Assembly: GCF_004010195.1 (NCBI RefSeq)
Contig: NC_057746.1
Span: forward strand, 28,925,861 to 28,989,860
DNA length: 64,000 bases
Reading direction: 5' to 3'
DNA from: Chiloscyllium plagiosum
Taxonomy: Eukaryota
Both the position numbers and the translations under genes were made by a program. The notes under the pieces were generated by a model that did not search any database, was not told where the DNA came from, and was given only the letters and a program-made list of their open reading frames with translations. Below, one piece after another: positions 1 to 11,929 of this stretch (positions are counted from its first letter, which is position 1; each line of letters begins with the position of its first letter).

Positions 1-124
1 CTACCTTTACCCCCACCCTTTCCCCTTCAATTTTGCCACTTCTCTAATTTGTCTCTTTCTCACCACCTTCTCCCTTTCCTTCCATTTCTCTCCCTTTCCT
101 CCTGTCCTCTGTCTCTCGATACAG

Positions 125-244
125 ATTCCTTCTTCCCCGGTGTTTCCGGATGGCTGACAGCGTTCTGGATCCTGTTTGCTCTGACTGTTGCAGTAGTCAC
201 TCTCACAGTGTGGTACCATCGGAGATTACAGAATAAGATTCAAG
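125..244 (+). CDS. Gene 1 transmembrane exon (DSFFPGVSGWLTAFWILFALTVAVVTLTVWYHRRLQNKIQ)
   Basis: Pyrimidine tract then acag|, 120 nt, donor |gtgaca; hydrophobic helix; closely matches 31010-31129. Confidence 0.9.
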
Positions 245-1983
245 GTGACAAACTGAGCTCAAACTCTGAGAACTTTTTGCAAAAACTAATCATGAACTGA
301 ATCTAATAATTTGTTAAAAGAAAGTAAAACAGTGCTAGAAATACTCCACAGATCAAGCAGAAGCTGTGGAGAGAGAGGTGGGCACGGAGAACAATGTTAA
401 TATTTCGGGGAATAAGATTTCATTTTTAGTGAGGTGTGCAATGAACAGTGTAATGAGGAGCCTGTTCATTGCAGTCTGACTCTGATGGCATCTCCCGAGG
501 TCATGGTGCCCATTAGATTCATTAATTTATTTGATTTTCTTTTCCAGGCCTCAGGAAATCTGAAGGTAAATGATGTTTCTTCAGCCTGTGGGACATGTGC
601 TGATGTTACACTGACTCTAGCTGTTGAGGAATTTCACACACTCACCCTGACCTTTACTGTTTCTGTCCTGAGAGCAGTCAGACCCCTTCCTGTATGTTGC
701 TGATCTTACCAGTCACCTGGAGGGTCCATCGGTCTGTTCCTGTTGGTCCTTTCTGTGAGTATACCCTTTCCTTCACACACACCCTCCTGACCAGATTCTC
801 TATCCCATTCTGACGTTTCCTGTTGTGACAGTGCTGTACCTTTAAGAGAGAGATGTTCTGCACCTGTTTCCTGTTGCAGAGGCATTTCGTCAGAGTGGTC
901 ACATAATGCCTCCTTCAGATGGGAAGTTGGTAAACTGTGTTTAATTTCTCTCTGGGTATTTGTTTTGAAGAATAATAAGGGAGTGGTGAGATGGCTCACA
1001 CAGACCCAGAAGGGCAATTTTATTTAATGAGATGGTTTCAACAGGTTGCTGAGCTAAAGGCTTGAGTTCTTGGCTGCTAGAGTGAAGTCTTACACAATGA
1101 GTGTTCCTGCTAGACATCAAAAGAGGCAGTTTATTTCTTTGGTCTGGACTGGAAAGAGACTCTCCATAAGAATCAAAACTGTTTTGCTGAATTGATGTCA
1201 AAGAGTGTGCTTTGTGTCTATGTTGGATCATTTGATTAGTGCTTAAATATTGCAATATCTTGTTAAGTATTTCAATAGAGTTAAAGTTATTCCAATTCCT
1301 TTTTAGTTGTATTTTAACTGTGTTATAAGAATAAAGTGTGTTTTGATTAAAGTCCAGTAGTGGGCCAATTGAATCACATCTGTAATACAGTGCCTTGCAC
1401 TAGCTGTAAAATCATTATAAATGTTAGTGTCTCTTTACAATACTTTATGTGGGGTTGAGGTGTACGGTATAGTCCATAGCATTCTCTCCCAACTCTCTCA
1501 ACTTCCTCCCCTGTTTCTTTCCACTCTCCCGTGCTCTCTCCCACTTCTCTCCCTTCCATCTATGCTCTTTCTCCCCCAACTCCCTACTTTTTCTCATGTG
1601 AGTCTCTTCACCTCTCTCATCTTCACACAATGCCCTCTCTCACTCTCTCCCCCTCTTCTCCATGCAACTTTCTTTCAATTTCAATTGTACAGGTCCTCTC
1701 CTCCTTTCTCATCCTCTTGCTCCTTCTCCTCTCCCTCCTCCTTCCTTCTCACCTTCACCTTTCCTCTCTCCCAAACACCCACTCTTCTTCAGTTCCTCCT
1801 CCTTTCTTCCTGTCCTCCTCCTCTTCCCCTCTCTAAACCTTTACCTTTTCAGATTCCTTTTAGAGTCAGGGAGAGTGGATGATGTGATTTGGGTGACACA
1901 CGCTGCTCTGGGGATGGGACAGTGTTCAGTGTGAGGGGAAAAGAGATGCTGCTAATTTAATGTTTTCTTTTGACCAGTTACAG

Positions 1984-2004
1984 AACATCAAAGGTTGCTG
2001 GATG
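1984..2004 (+). CDS. Gene 1 21-nt micro-exon (EHQRLLD)
   Basis: ttacag|aacatcaaaggttgctggatg|gtgagt; flanks align to the gene 2 exon 33078-33104. Confidence 0.85.
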
Positions 2005-2139
2005 GTGAGTAATCCTTAGTTACCAAAAACCAGATGTAATTGGATTGGGAAATTCAATGATGTGGACATGTATCAGAGAAAAGTTTGTGAACCTGTAATC
2101 CCGAGGCTAGTGATATAATGGATAATAAAGTGATTGTCT

Positions 2140-2835
2140 GAGTCATACAGTCATAGAGCCATAGCGATGTACAGCATAGGAACAGACCCTTTGGTCCAAG
2201 CTGACTAGATATCCTGAACTAATCTAATTCCATTTGCTAGCACATGGCCCATATCCCTCAAAATCCTTCCTATTCATATACCCATCCAGATGTTTTTTAA
2301 ATGCTGTAATTGTATCAGCCTCCACCACTTCCTCTGGCAGTTCATTCCATACACACACCACCCTCTATGCAAAAACATTGCACCTCAGGTCCCTTTTATA
2401 TCTTTCCCCTCTCACCCTAAAGCTGTGCCCTCTAGTTCTGGACTCCTTGTCTATTTACCCTATCCATGCCCCTCATGATTTTATAAACCTCTATAAGGTC
2501 ACCCCTCAGCCTTTGACGCTCCAGGGAAAACAGACGCAGCCTGTTCAACCTCTCCCTGTAGCTCAAATCCTCTACCCCGGCAGCATCCTCGTAAATCTTT
2601 TTTTGAACCCTTTAAGTTTCACAATATCCTTCCGATAGGAAGGAGAGCAGAATTGTATGCAATATTCCAAAAGTGGCCGAACCAATGTCCTGTACAACCA
2701 CAACATGACCTCCCAACTCCTGTATTCAATACTCTGACCAATAAAGGAAAGCATACCAAACATGGCCTTCACTATCCTATCTACTTGTGACTCTACTTTC
2801 AAGGAGCAATGAACCTGCACTCCAAGGTCCCTTTG
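2140..2835 (-). mobile_element. CR1-clade LINE 3' fragment
   Basis: LYRTLVRPLLEYC...RFTRMLPG reverse-transcriptase C-terminus plus the typical 3' tail. Confidence 0.85.
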
Positions 2836-4750
2836 TCATGGAATCATGCTTTGTTCCATCTCATCATTGCTGACCAATTTTCCCAAACTTATCAGACCGA
2901 TTTGCCTGCATTTAGCCCATTTCCCTCCAACCCTTTCCTATTCATGTAATTACTCCAAGGCATCACAAAGAGTTGAGAGCAATGCTAGAAACGATTTCCT
3001 CTTAGTGGATTTTTTTACACCGTTATCGAAAGGGTCCAAAAATGTTCTTTGAAAAGAAATTAAATAATTATTTGCTAAAGAAGAATATCAGTGGATAGGT
3101 TGAAGGTTTTCATGTGTTAACAATAAGAAAGATTCGCATTTCTATAGTTGGCATGAGCTGTCAGTCTGATCACGACGGATTTACTTCCCTGCACTATCCC
3201 ACCTGAAGGCTCGAATATTTATTCTATATTTTGGATTGATAAAGTGAAGAATTCAGAAGATTTACAATCTGTTGAGTGAGGAACTTTCTCCCCATCAGAG
3301 TTGTGAATGGAAAAGATGGGTTTCAGAACAGCCAGTGAGTTGGGATTGAGAATCTGAAGTAGTAGGAGACTGTCAATACAGTGTGTAAATTGGAATAGTC
3401 AGTTTCTCTCCAGATAATCTTCAGATTAACATACACTCCTCCTCCTCCCTGTAACTGAGTGAAACACGCAACTTCTTTTTTATTGGGACAAGTGTTTGTG
3501 AACAAATTGCTTTCACAGTCAATACTCTTCACAATTCTACAAATAGTCAAATAATATAACGTTTGCCATATTTCCGTATCTTCTGATTATTTCTAACCTT
3601 CTGACATTCTGTTGTGGGGAATTACAACCTCACTGGAGCAGAGGAATAATGTGTTCCTTACAGCACAGTTTTCTCTAATTCAACACTCTCTGACTGGGGT
3701 CCCACATTCTAACCTGTAAACTTGAGGCCACCTGACCCTCTGCTGCCTGTGTCTTCACTCATCCCAAGTCCCACTCTCCTGCTTGCTGACCTACATTGGC
3801 TCCCAGTTAAACAATGTCTCATTTCTTAATTTCTCACCCAGTTCTCCAATCCTTTCATGTCCTTACCTTTGCTGCTCTGAAACTCCTCTAGTCCTTCAAC
3901 CCTGCAAGATATCAGTGCTTCTCTAATTCTGTCCTCTAGCAGACCCCAATTATGTTTGCTCCTTCATTTGGAGATGCAGTGTCAGGTGACTCAATTCCAA
4001 CCCATACTCCCCCACCCCAATCTCACTTTCTCCCTTAAAGACATTCCTTAAAAACCTACCTCTTTGAAAAGATTTTGATCACCTGACCTAACATCTCACT
4101 GTATAGCTCTGTCATATTTTAATCCTATGTGTATGAATAATTTTGATATTTTTAACAGAAAAACAGGCATTCTATAAATATAAGTTGCTGATGTATAATG
4201 TAGATGTAGTATATTATCTGACAGGTGAGCAATACCACATTAGATTAGTAAGGACATAACAATGCAGGAAATAGGAGCAGATAGGCCATCTAGCCACTTG
4301 AGAGAATAAGACCATGGCTGATCTTTTTCATAGACTCAGCTCCACTTACTTGCCCATTCATCATAACCTTTAATTCATTTACTGTTCAAAATCTATCTAT
4401 CTTTGCTTTATAAACATTCACTAAGATAGCCTCAACTGCTTTACTGTGGAGGGAATTCCACAAACTCACAATCCTTTGGGTAAAGAAGTTCATTCTCAAC
4501 TCACTCCTAAATCCACTCCTCTTTATTATGAGATTATGCCTCCTAGTTTGTATTTCACTTGTCTATTCCCTTCATAATGGATGTTTTTTTTTAAAACAAA
4601 TTATTTTGTAAAGTATATTCACCTTCAAAAAAAATCTCCAATCAAGTAATGTTTAGTTTTTCAGTGATATTTCTGGTGTAATTAATGTTAGATTTGAATT
4701 ACCTTGCTCCACATATGACAAATTTCGCTCTCATCTGTTTTTCTCTTCAG

Positions 4751-4777
4751 AAATTGAGAAACTTCAGCAGAAGTTAG
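4751..4777 (+). CDS. Gene 1 27-nt micro-exon (EIEKLQQKL)
   Basis: ctcttcag|...|gtaaga; flanks align to 37190-37216. Confidence 0.85.
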   Translation, partial: KLRNFSRS

Positions 4778-4948
4778 GTAAGAGATGATTCCCAAAAGTT
4801 CCACATTCGGGGATTTGAGTTTCACCTCATATTCAGCACCAGTATCTTCATTTTAGAAAACTCTGGCATGAAATTAAAATTTGTTAATGAAGTGAAGTCT
4901 GTTGAGTGGGATTTATTCAGACTATTCAAATTCTCTGTTTCCTTTTAG

Positions 4949-4975
4949 AGCAATGGAGGCCTCTGGTCCAGTCAG
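4949..4975 (+). CDS. Gene 1 27-nt micro-exon (EQWRPLVQS)
   Basis: ccttttag|...|gtatgt; same peptide as 41720-41746. Confidence 0.9.
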
Positions 4976-5304
4976 GTATGTTCTGTCTGTGGACATATAA
5001 TGAAAGGAACTTCACCGATCAGTATGTGTATTTTTGATGTTTGCCCATGATAATGTTGGGCCAAATAGAACAGGAAGATATGAAGATTAATGATGATATG
5101 TTAATCTCTACCTTTACTCAATCCAAAGGGTGTGTGTGTGTGTGTCTTTCTTTGCACATTGTCAAGCGATAGCCAGTCACTCCCCACTGTGCAAACCCTC
5201 CAGGTCCTTATTTAACTGTAAATCATGATGTACTTTGACCGTTGCCCTGTTTGAGAGTGTTGCAGATGATTAATCTTCTTCCTCCTTTTATGTTGTCTTT
5301 GCAG

Positions 5305-5331
5305 AGTGGAACAGGATACGGAGCTATGCAG
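5305..5331 (+). CDS. Gene 1 27-nt pre-B30.2 micro-exon (EWNRIRSYA)
   Basis: tttgcag|...|gtaaaa; identical to 42990-43016. Confidence 0.9.
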
Positions 5332-5754
5332 GTAAAACGCTGGGTGCAGCAGACTCTGTGTTTTTGTATTGTGTAGTACCGCATGGGCAGGCTGTCTATC
5401 TTCATCACCCTGTTCTGGCAGACCAAGAACCTCTCCCACCCCTACCGCCTGCCATTGGCTTATCAGAAGGATTTACAAGATGGCTGATCAATCTGTTTGG
5501 CCATGTTATGACAGAAACTCCACAGATACGAGTTGTGAAGTGGAACTTGAACCTGAAGTTTCTGGCCCAGAGGCAGTGAGGTTGCTCACTGTACCACATG
5601 ACCTTCTCAGGGTTTAAGACAATTTGACAGTCTCCAGTCACTTTTGCTGACATCACATCTTTATTCCACTAATTTTCTTTCCAACTATTTCTCCAATTCT
5701 CAAACTGCACTGGTGGAATTGGAATTCACCTTCTCTGGGCTTTGGTTCAGCGAC

Positions 5755-6090
5755 ATGGAGAGGCAGTGCCCAGACAATTAATCTAGAGAACCAAGTAATG
5801 ATCTAGGGACCAGGGTTCAAATCCTACCATGGCGGATGGTTGCATTTGGATTCAATTAAAAGTCTGGAACTGAGAGTCTAATGATGACCAAGAAACTGAT
5901 GCCAATTGTCATGAAAAAGCCATCTGGTTCACTGATGCCCTTGAATGAAGGAAACTACAATTTTTACCCTGTGTGTGGCCTACATGTGACTCCAGACTCT
6001 CAGCAATGCTGCTGACTCTTAACTGCCCTCTGGGCAATGAGGGACAGGCAATAAATGCTTGATGGGCCAGTGACACCCTCACCCTGTGAA
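5755..6090 (+). mobile_element. SINE-like element; related sequence at about 8520-8840 and 48890-49260 (-)
   Basis: B-box-like GGTTCAAATCC head; shared body and ggcaataaatgc tail. Confidence 0.55.
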
Positions 6091-7019
6091 TATAAAATGA
6101 ATCACTGCAGACTGGTAAAAAGAGACCCCATTTTATAAAGCACGAGAGGAAGTTGCTAATTGGTTCGGCTATCTTTGATGTGGAGATGCAGCAAGAGCTT
6201 TCAATTCTTTATTCTCAGACCAGATCCTGGTTGGCCTGGGAAATACAATGAAAATGCAGCAGGGAATATTTACACCCTTCATTCTTTCTTTTATAATTCA
6301 TTTGTGGGACTTGGGCATCACTGGATGGCCAGAATTGATAGCCCATCCCTATTTGTCCTTGAAAAGGTGGTAGTGAGTTGCGATTTGGAGATGTTGGTGT
6401 TGGACTGGGGTGTACAAAGTTAAAATCACACAATTCCATGTTATAGTCCAACAAGTTTAATTGGAAGCAATAGCTTTCAGAGTGCTGCACCTTCATTGGG
6501 TGGTTGTAGATTGTAAGACACAGAATTTATAGCAGAAGTTTACAGTGTGATGTAACTGAAATTATCCATTGAAAAATACCTTGATTTTTTTGTTCAGTCT
6601 CTCATCTGTTAAAATTACCCTGTTAGTTTCACTTCTTTCATACGTAAATCACAAAACTTTTTTTAAAAGTTACATTCTCAAGTGGACTTTATCTTGGCTG
6701 GTACCAACTATTAATGTATTGAAGGTGCGAGCTCTCCTGTGTGACTGTTTGTGCCTCAATGGTTAGACTGATTCTATTCTAAAAAATACATTTACAGAAT
6801 CTTACGTGGATTCATGCAGTTTTTGAGCAAAGAAAAATGTAATTCTCCAAGTACAAATTCACCCCACAAAATTATGTGTATGTGTGTGTGTGTGTGTGTG
6901 GGGGGAGGGGGGGGGGGGTGTTTATGTATGTCTGTGAGAGTGGGTGCATGTGTGTGAGTGTCAAGGGGTATAAGTCTGTGAGAGGGTACATGTGTGAGTG
7001 TATGTGTATGCAATATCAA

Positions 7020-8420
7020 GTGCCTCCAGCCGTTCCTTGATATCATGTGGAATGAATCAAATTGCCTGGAGATTGGTAGCTGGGGACCACTGGAGGAGCA
7101 CGAGATGGATCATCCACTCAGCACCTCTGACTGAAGATTTTTGTGAATGCATCAGCCTTATCGTTTGCACTGATATTTTGGCCTCCTCTATCATTGAAGC
7201 CTCCTCCTCCTCCAGTGAGTTGTTTCATTATCCACCACCATTCATGACTGGATGTGGAAGCATTGCAGACCTTATACCTGAACCATTGGTTGTGGGATTA
7301 ATTAGCTCTACCGATCACTTTCTGTGTATGCCATTTGGCATGCAAATAGTCCTGTATGGTAGCTTCACCAGGTTGACATTCATTTTTAGGTATGTCTGAT
7401 GCTGTTCTTGGCATGCCCTCTGCACAATCCATTGAACAAGATTTGATGCCCTGGCTTGATGTTAATGGTTGAGTGGGGGGATATGCCGGGCCATGAGGTT
7501 GCAGAGTGTGCTGGAGTACAGTTCTGCAGTACAGATCTGCTGTTGTTGATGGCCTGCAGCGCCTGACGCATGCCCAGTCTTGAGCTGCTAAATCAGTTAA
7601 ATCTGTCTCATTTAACACAGTGATAGTGCCACACAACATGATGGAGGTTATTCTCAATGTGAAGGCGAGGCTTCTTCTCCACAAGTACAGTGTGGTGGTC
7701 ACTTTTACTTATACTGTCATGGACTGATGTTTCTGCAGCCGGCAGATTAGTAAGGATGAGGTCAAGTAGCATCTGAGGAAATACTGATTTTCCTGCTCTC
7801 CGGATGCTGCCTGACCTGCTGTGCTTTTCCAGCACCACTCTGATCTCCAGCATCTGCAGTCTTCAGTTTTGCCTAGGATGAGATCAAGTATATTTCCTTC
7901 ACTATCTGCCGCAGACCCAATTTTGCAGTTATATCCTTTAGGACCCAACCAGCTTGATCAGTAATACTGCTGCCAAATCACTCTTGGTAGTGGACATTGA
8001 AATCCCCACACAGAGTACATTTTGCACTTTTGCACCCTCAAGTTTCTCCAAGTGTTGTTCAACATTGAGGAGTACTGATTCGTCAGTCAAAGGAAGGTGG
8101 TACATAGTAACAAGGAAGACGTTTCCTTGCCCATGTTTAACCTGAAGCCATGAGACTTCATGGGGTCCAGAGTCGCTGTCAAGGACTCCCAGGGCAACTC
8201 CCTCTGGACTGTATACCACTGTGCCACCACCTCTGCTGGATCTGTCCTGCCAGTGGTACAGTCCATATCCACAGATGGTAGTGGTGGTGTCTGGGTGTTA
8301 TCTGTAAGGTATGATTCCGTAAGAATGACTATGTCATGCTGTTGTTTGACTAGTCTGTGAGACAGTTCTCCAAATTTCAGCACTAGCCCCCAGATGTTGG
8401 TAAGGAGGACTTTGCATGGT
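7020..8420 (-). mobile_element. Decayed LINE endonuclease region
   Basis: DIVILTESYL and SDHHTV motifs of an APE-type endonuclease in broken frames. Confidence 0.7.
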
Positions 8421-9442
8421 CGACAGGGCTGTTTGTATTTTCGCTGTTGTCTTTTCCAGTTTCAAAGTTGAGGCCAGGTGGTCTGTCCAGTTTCATTTCT
8501 TTGTTGTGACTTTCTAGCAATTGATAAAACTGAGTGCCTTGCTAAGCTATTCCACAGGGCAGTTGAGAGTCAACCACAGTACTGTGGTTCTGGAGTCATA
8601 TGTTGGTCGTACCAGCTAAGGATGGCAGATTTCCTTCCCTAAAGGGAAATCAGTGAACCAGATGGGTTTTTCAGACAATTGCTAATGGTTTCATGGTCAT
8701 CAGTTAACTCTTAATTCCAGATTTTTTTTATTGAATTCATAGTCCACCATCTGCCATGGCAGGATTTGAACCCAGGTCCCCAGGACATTATTCTGGGTTG
8801 CTGGATTAATAATCGGGTGATAATACCACTAGGATACTGCCTCCTCCTGCACTCCTTCCTATTTGAAGTACTCAACCTCCCCAACCCACTTTTTCTGATA
8901 CTCCTCACACTTCCCTCTCCCTCCCCTTCCTGATCTCCTACCTCACTTCCCCCTCTTGTCCCTTTCCTCTCCCTCCCTGTTTTCCTTGAATTGAGTAACC
9001 AGCTTTACTGTATACTCAAATGAGTACATCGAAAAGTTTGAAGTAACATTTCGGATAGAGTGAATTCTGAGGAAGGGTCTCTCCACCCGAAATGTTAACG
9101 CTGATTTCCCTTCACAGATGCTGCCAGACCTGCTGAGCTTTTCCAGCGATCCCTGTTTTGACACTGAAACGTTTATAATTTGCAGTTTACAACACCACCT
9201 TAGGTACATTCCCAAATTACAGAATAGAGAAAAGTTCCATTACAGCGATACACAAGAAGCAAACATCAGAGTCCCCCTCCAAAGTCTTTCCTGCAGCAGA
9301 CCACGGAAGGGGGAACCTTCTCATGGTCTGACCATTGGCTGTCCCCGCTCCCAGACCGGGCCACTCCCGCCACGGTCTGCATTGGGCCGCTGCTCCTCAG
9401 AGACCCCGCCTCCTTCACCCTCCTCTCTCTCCCTCCCTCTCC

Positions 9443-10239
9443 CTGACGGTGTTATTTGATCTCTCCCCCAGCTCCAGCCTCTCTGACTCTGGATCCGAAC
9501 ACAGCGCATCCCCGGCTCATCCTGTCTGAGGACCGGACCAGTGTGAGACTCGGAGACACAGAGCAGCTGCTCCCTGACTCCCCGGAGAGATTTGATTCCT
9601 GTCACTGTGTCCTGGGATCAGAGGGATTCACATCAGGGAGACATTACTGGGAGGTGGAGGTTGGGGAGAAGACGGAGTGGGGTCTGGGAGTGGCCCGAGA
9701 GTCTGTGGAGAGGAAAGTGAGGACCTTCCCGAGACCGGATTCTGGATTGTGTGGCTGGTACCCGGATGTGGTTATTTAGCCGCCACCTCCCCCTCACGGA
9801 CCCCCCTCTCCCCGAGTGTGAATCCCCGGAAGATCGGGGTTTTCCTGGACTATGAGGGTGGACAGGTGTCATTTTACAATGCGGACACCATGTCCCATCT
9901 CCACACTTTCACCCACACTTTCACTGAGAGGATCTTTCCCATCTTCAATCCGGGAGGGAATGACGGCGGGAAAAACTCCGCCCCGCTGACAATCTGCGGG
10001 ATTAAAGGGCACTGACAGATCCATCCCATAATTTCACCCCGTCCCCCTGCCTCCTGCCAGCTGTAGACTGATGGGGGTCGGTCTCAATCTGGAGGAAAGA
10101 AGGAGGGGGAGAGAAGAAACAAAGAGAAGCTCAATTGTAGAGAGGGACTGACTGGGTAGAGTGAGCTGTGAGCTGCAGGAACCCGGGGACCTTCCTGCCT
10201 GTAATGTTGCTCCACAGGCGGGAGGTGGCGTTACATGAC
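9443..10239 (+). repeat. ~0.8-kb duplicated block (acceptor, B30.2 exon, 3' flank); inverted copy at 50949-51733
   Basis: Direct by-eye alignment from ctgacggtg to tacatgac. Confidence 0.9.
9472..10015 (+). pseudogene. TRIM-type B30.2 (PRY/SPRY) terminal exon with internal frameshift
   Basis: ORF 9456-9779 gives [21 protein letters not shown]...[26 protein letters not shown] 9677-10015 gives PETGFW...[32 protein letters not shown]. Together they make one B30.2 domain split across two frames. Acceptor ctctcccccag| at 9471. Confidence 0.9.
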
Positions 10240-10294
10240 GGTGTTGGGGATGTATCAGTCAGTGGTTCTAAGACTTGGGCTCAGGGGAGTCGTT

Positions 10295-10430
10295 CGAGGG
10301 GGGACACCAAATCATTTCACTGCAGGGTCAGAGGAGTCTTTCCTGGGGGAGACCAAATCATATGCCTGCAGGGTCAGTGGGATCTTTCCGGGGGGGGGGG
10401 GGGAGAGACCAAATCATTTCATCGCAAGGC
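10295..10430 (+). repeat. ~45-bp tandem repeat, about 3 copies (ggggagaccaaatcat...gcagggtcag)
   Basis: accaaatcat recurs three times. Confidence 0.7.
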
Positions 10431-11929
10431 GCAGAGAGAATAATGTGTGGAGAAACGATCGTCCTGTTTACTTTAAATTTGCAGAAGTGAGAGTTATTCC
10501 TGCAGGGGCAGCAGTCCCACAAATCTCCCGAATTCTCATTTTCATGGTGCCGGGCTGAGATTTACTTTCGGGAGGAGGGGAGGGGAGCTGGGAGGTGAAC
10601 TGCTGTGATAATCGACTCTTCAATTTGGATCAGGCAGGGAGCTCGTCTCGTTCTTACGCTGTCTTGACCATTGAGTGTTGCATCTTGTTTTTGTTAATTG
10701 GATTTCTTTCTTGTAATCATAATAAAAATGTCAGAGATTTTATTCAAACTTTCACCATATCCCATACATGATTTAATAATAGGGAGAAAATTAACTAAGT
10801 TTGCTCAGGTCTGTAAATATTGTCCAGGAAAATAAAACAAAATTGGAGGGAAGGAAACTCCTATGATTATGGGAGCTTGTTTTACATTAGAATGGGAAGC
10901 TGCCTTGAGACTATTTGTGTATCCACATGGAGTGAGATTGCTGTAACTACTGATTTGCAAACGTTTAGATGGTGGGTGAGCTGGCCGCTTGTGGATATCA
11001 TAGTCATATAATACTTAACCATTTCATAAACAGTTCAGTTGGTGCACACGCATGTGGGTGGAGCCACCGTTATTATTTATTCCTCATTTCTTGCTCTTTC
11101 ATCGTTCTGTACATAGTGAAATGATCCTTAAATCACCATAATGTAAATGCCTGTTTTAATAAAAGCATTACTCAAATAATCTCTGTATTTAACCTGTTCA
11201 GATTGCGTCTGTCCATGTACAATTAAAATTTGCAATGGTGTGCAGGATAATACTTGAAAGTAGTTTCTTCAATCAAAAAATCTAAGTTTCACTGGAACAC
11301 AAACAAAATTTCTTAAAAATAAATAAATGCAAGAAACAGTAAATAAACCTGCTGTTTGTTTTACTTGCAAATTTCTCCAGAATTTGTGTCTTTGCATCTG
11401 CTATTCCCAACTCACCTGGATTATTTTGAGTCTCCAGGTGAAGGCCGTGGAGTGATAGTTGCCTGGAAAGTTTCCTCAGTCATTGCCATGTCGAGATGGT
11501 CATGAGGTGGGCAGTGGGAACGTCCACCTGCTTCAACCTTTGAGGCTGTAGGCACACTTCAATAAGACTGTTCAGCTGTTCCCCATCCAGTGTCTGCATC
11601 CATGCAGCCCTGCATTTATTTAAAGATTCTATTCAAGTGTTCATTCAAATCAGGTTAAAAGTTAGGTGTCTGAATGTTGTAAAATTATAATTGTTTCAAC
11701 TTGTTCAAAACTAAAGTGTAAACACAAAATAAGCAGCAACAGCCCAGTGACACCAACTTCCATGATGGGAACTTTTAAAAATAATCTTGGACGCAGTTAG
11801 ACAAGTATAGTTTAATTGAGGAAAGCCAGCAGGGGTTTGTTAAAAGCAAATCATGTTTAATTGTATTAATTAAGCTTTTTCATGAAGACATGGTTCTGAT
11901 CGAGATGGGAATGTATTTCTGGACTTAGA

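Larger units (their letters stand above)
125..10015 (+). pseudogene. Gene 1: 5'-partial butyrophilin-like gene (TM exon, 4 cytoplasmic micro-exons, frameshifted TRIM-type B30.2 exon); pseudogene or C-terminally truncated BTN
   Basis: Exons 125-244, 1984-2004, 4751-4777, 4949-4975, 5305-5331 and 9472-10015 are AG/GT-bounded (last ends at the stop) and phase 1. The first five are paralogous to gene 2. The B30.2 exon changes frame at about 9716-9728. Ig exons would lie upstream of the window. Linking 5331 to 9472 is inferred. Confidence 0.7.

Noticed and set aside
1421-1934. Long Leu/Ser/Pro-rich ORFs (also 30086-31121, 31742-33035, 40107-40532, 52734-53406)
   Set aside because: Translations of pyrimidine- or purine-rich low-complexity tracts with no domain
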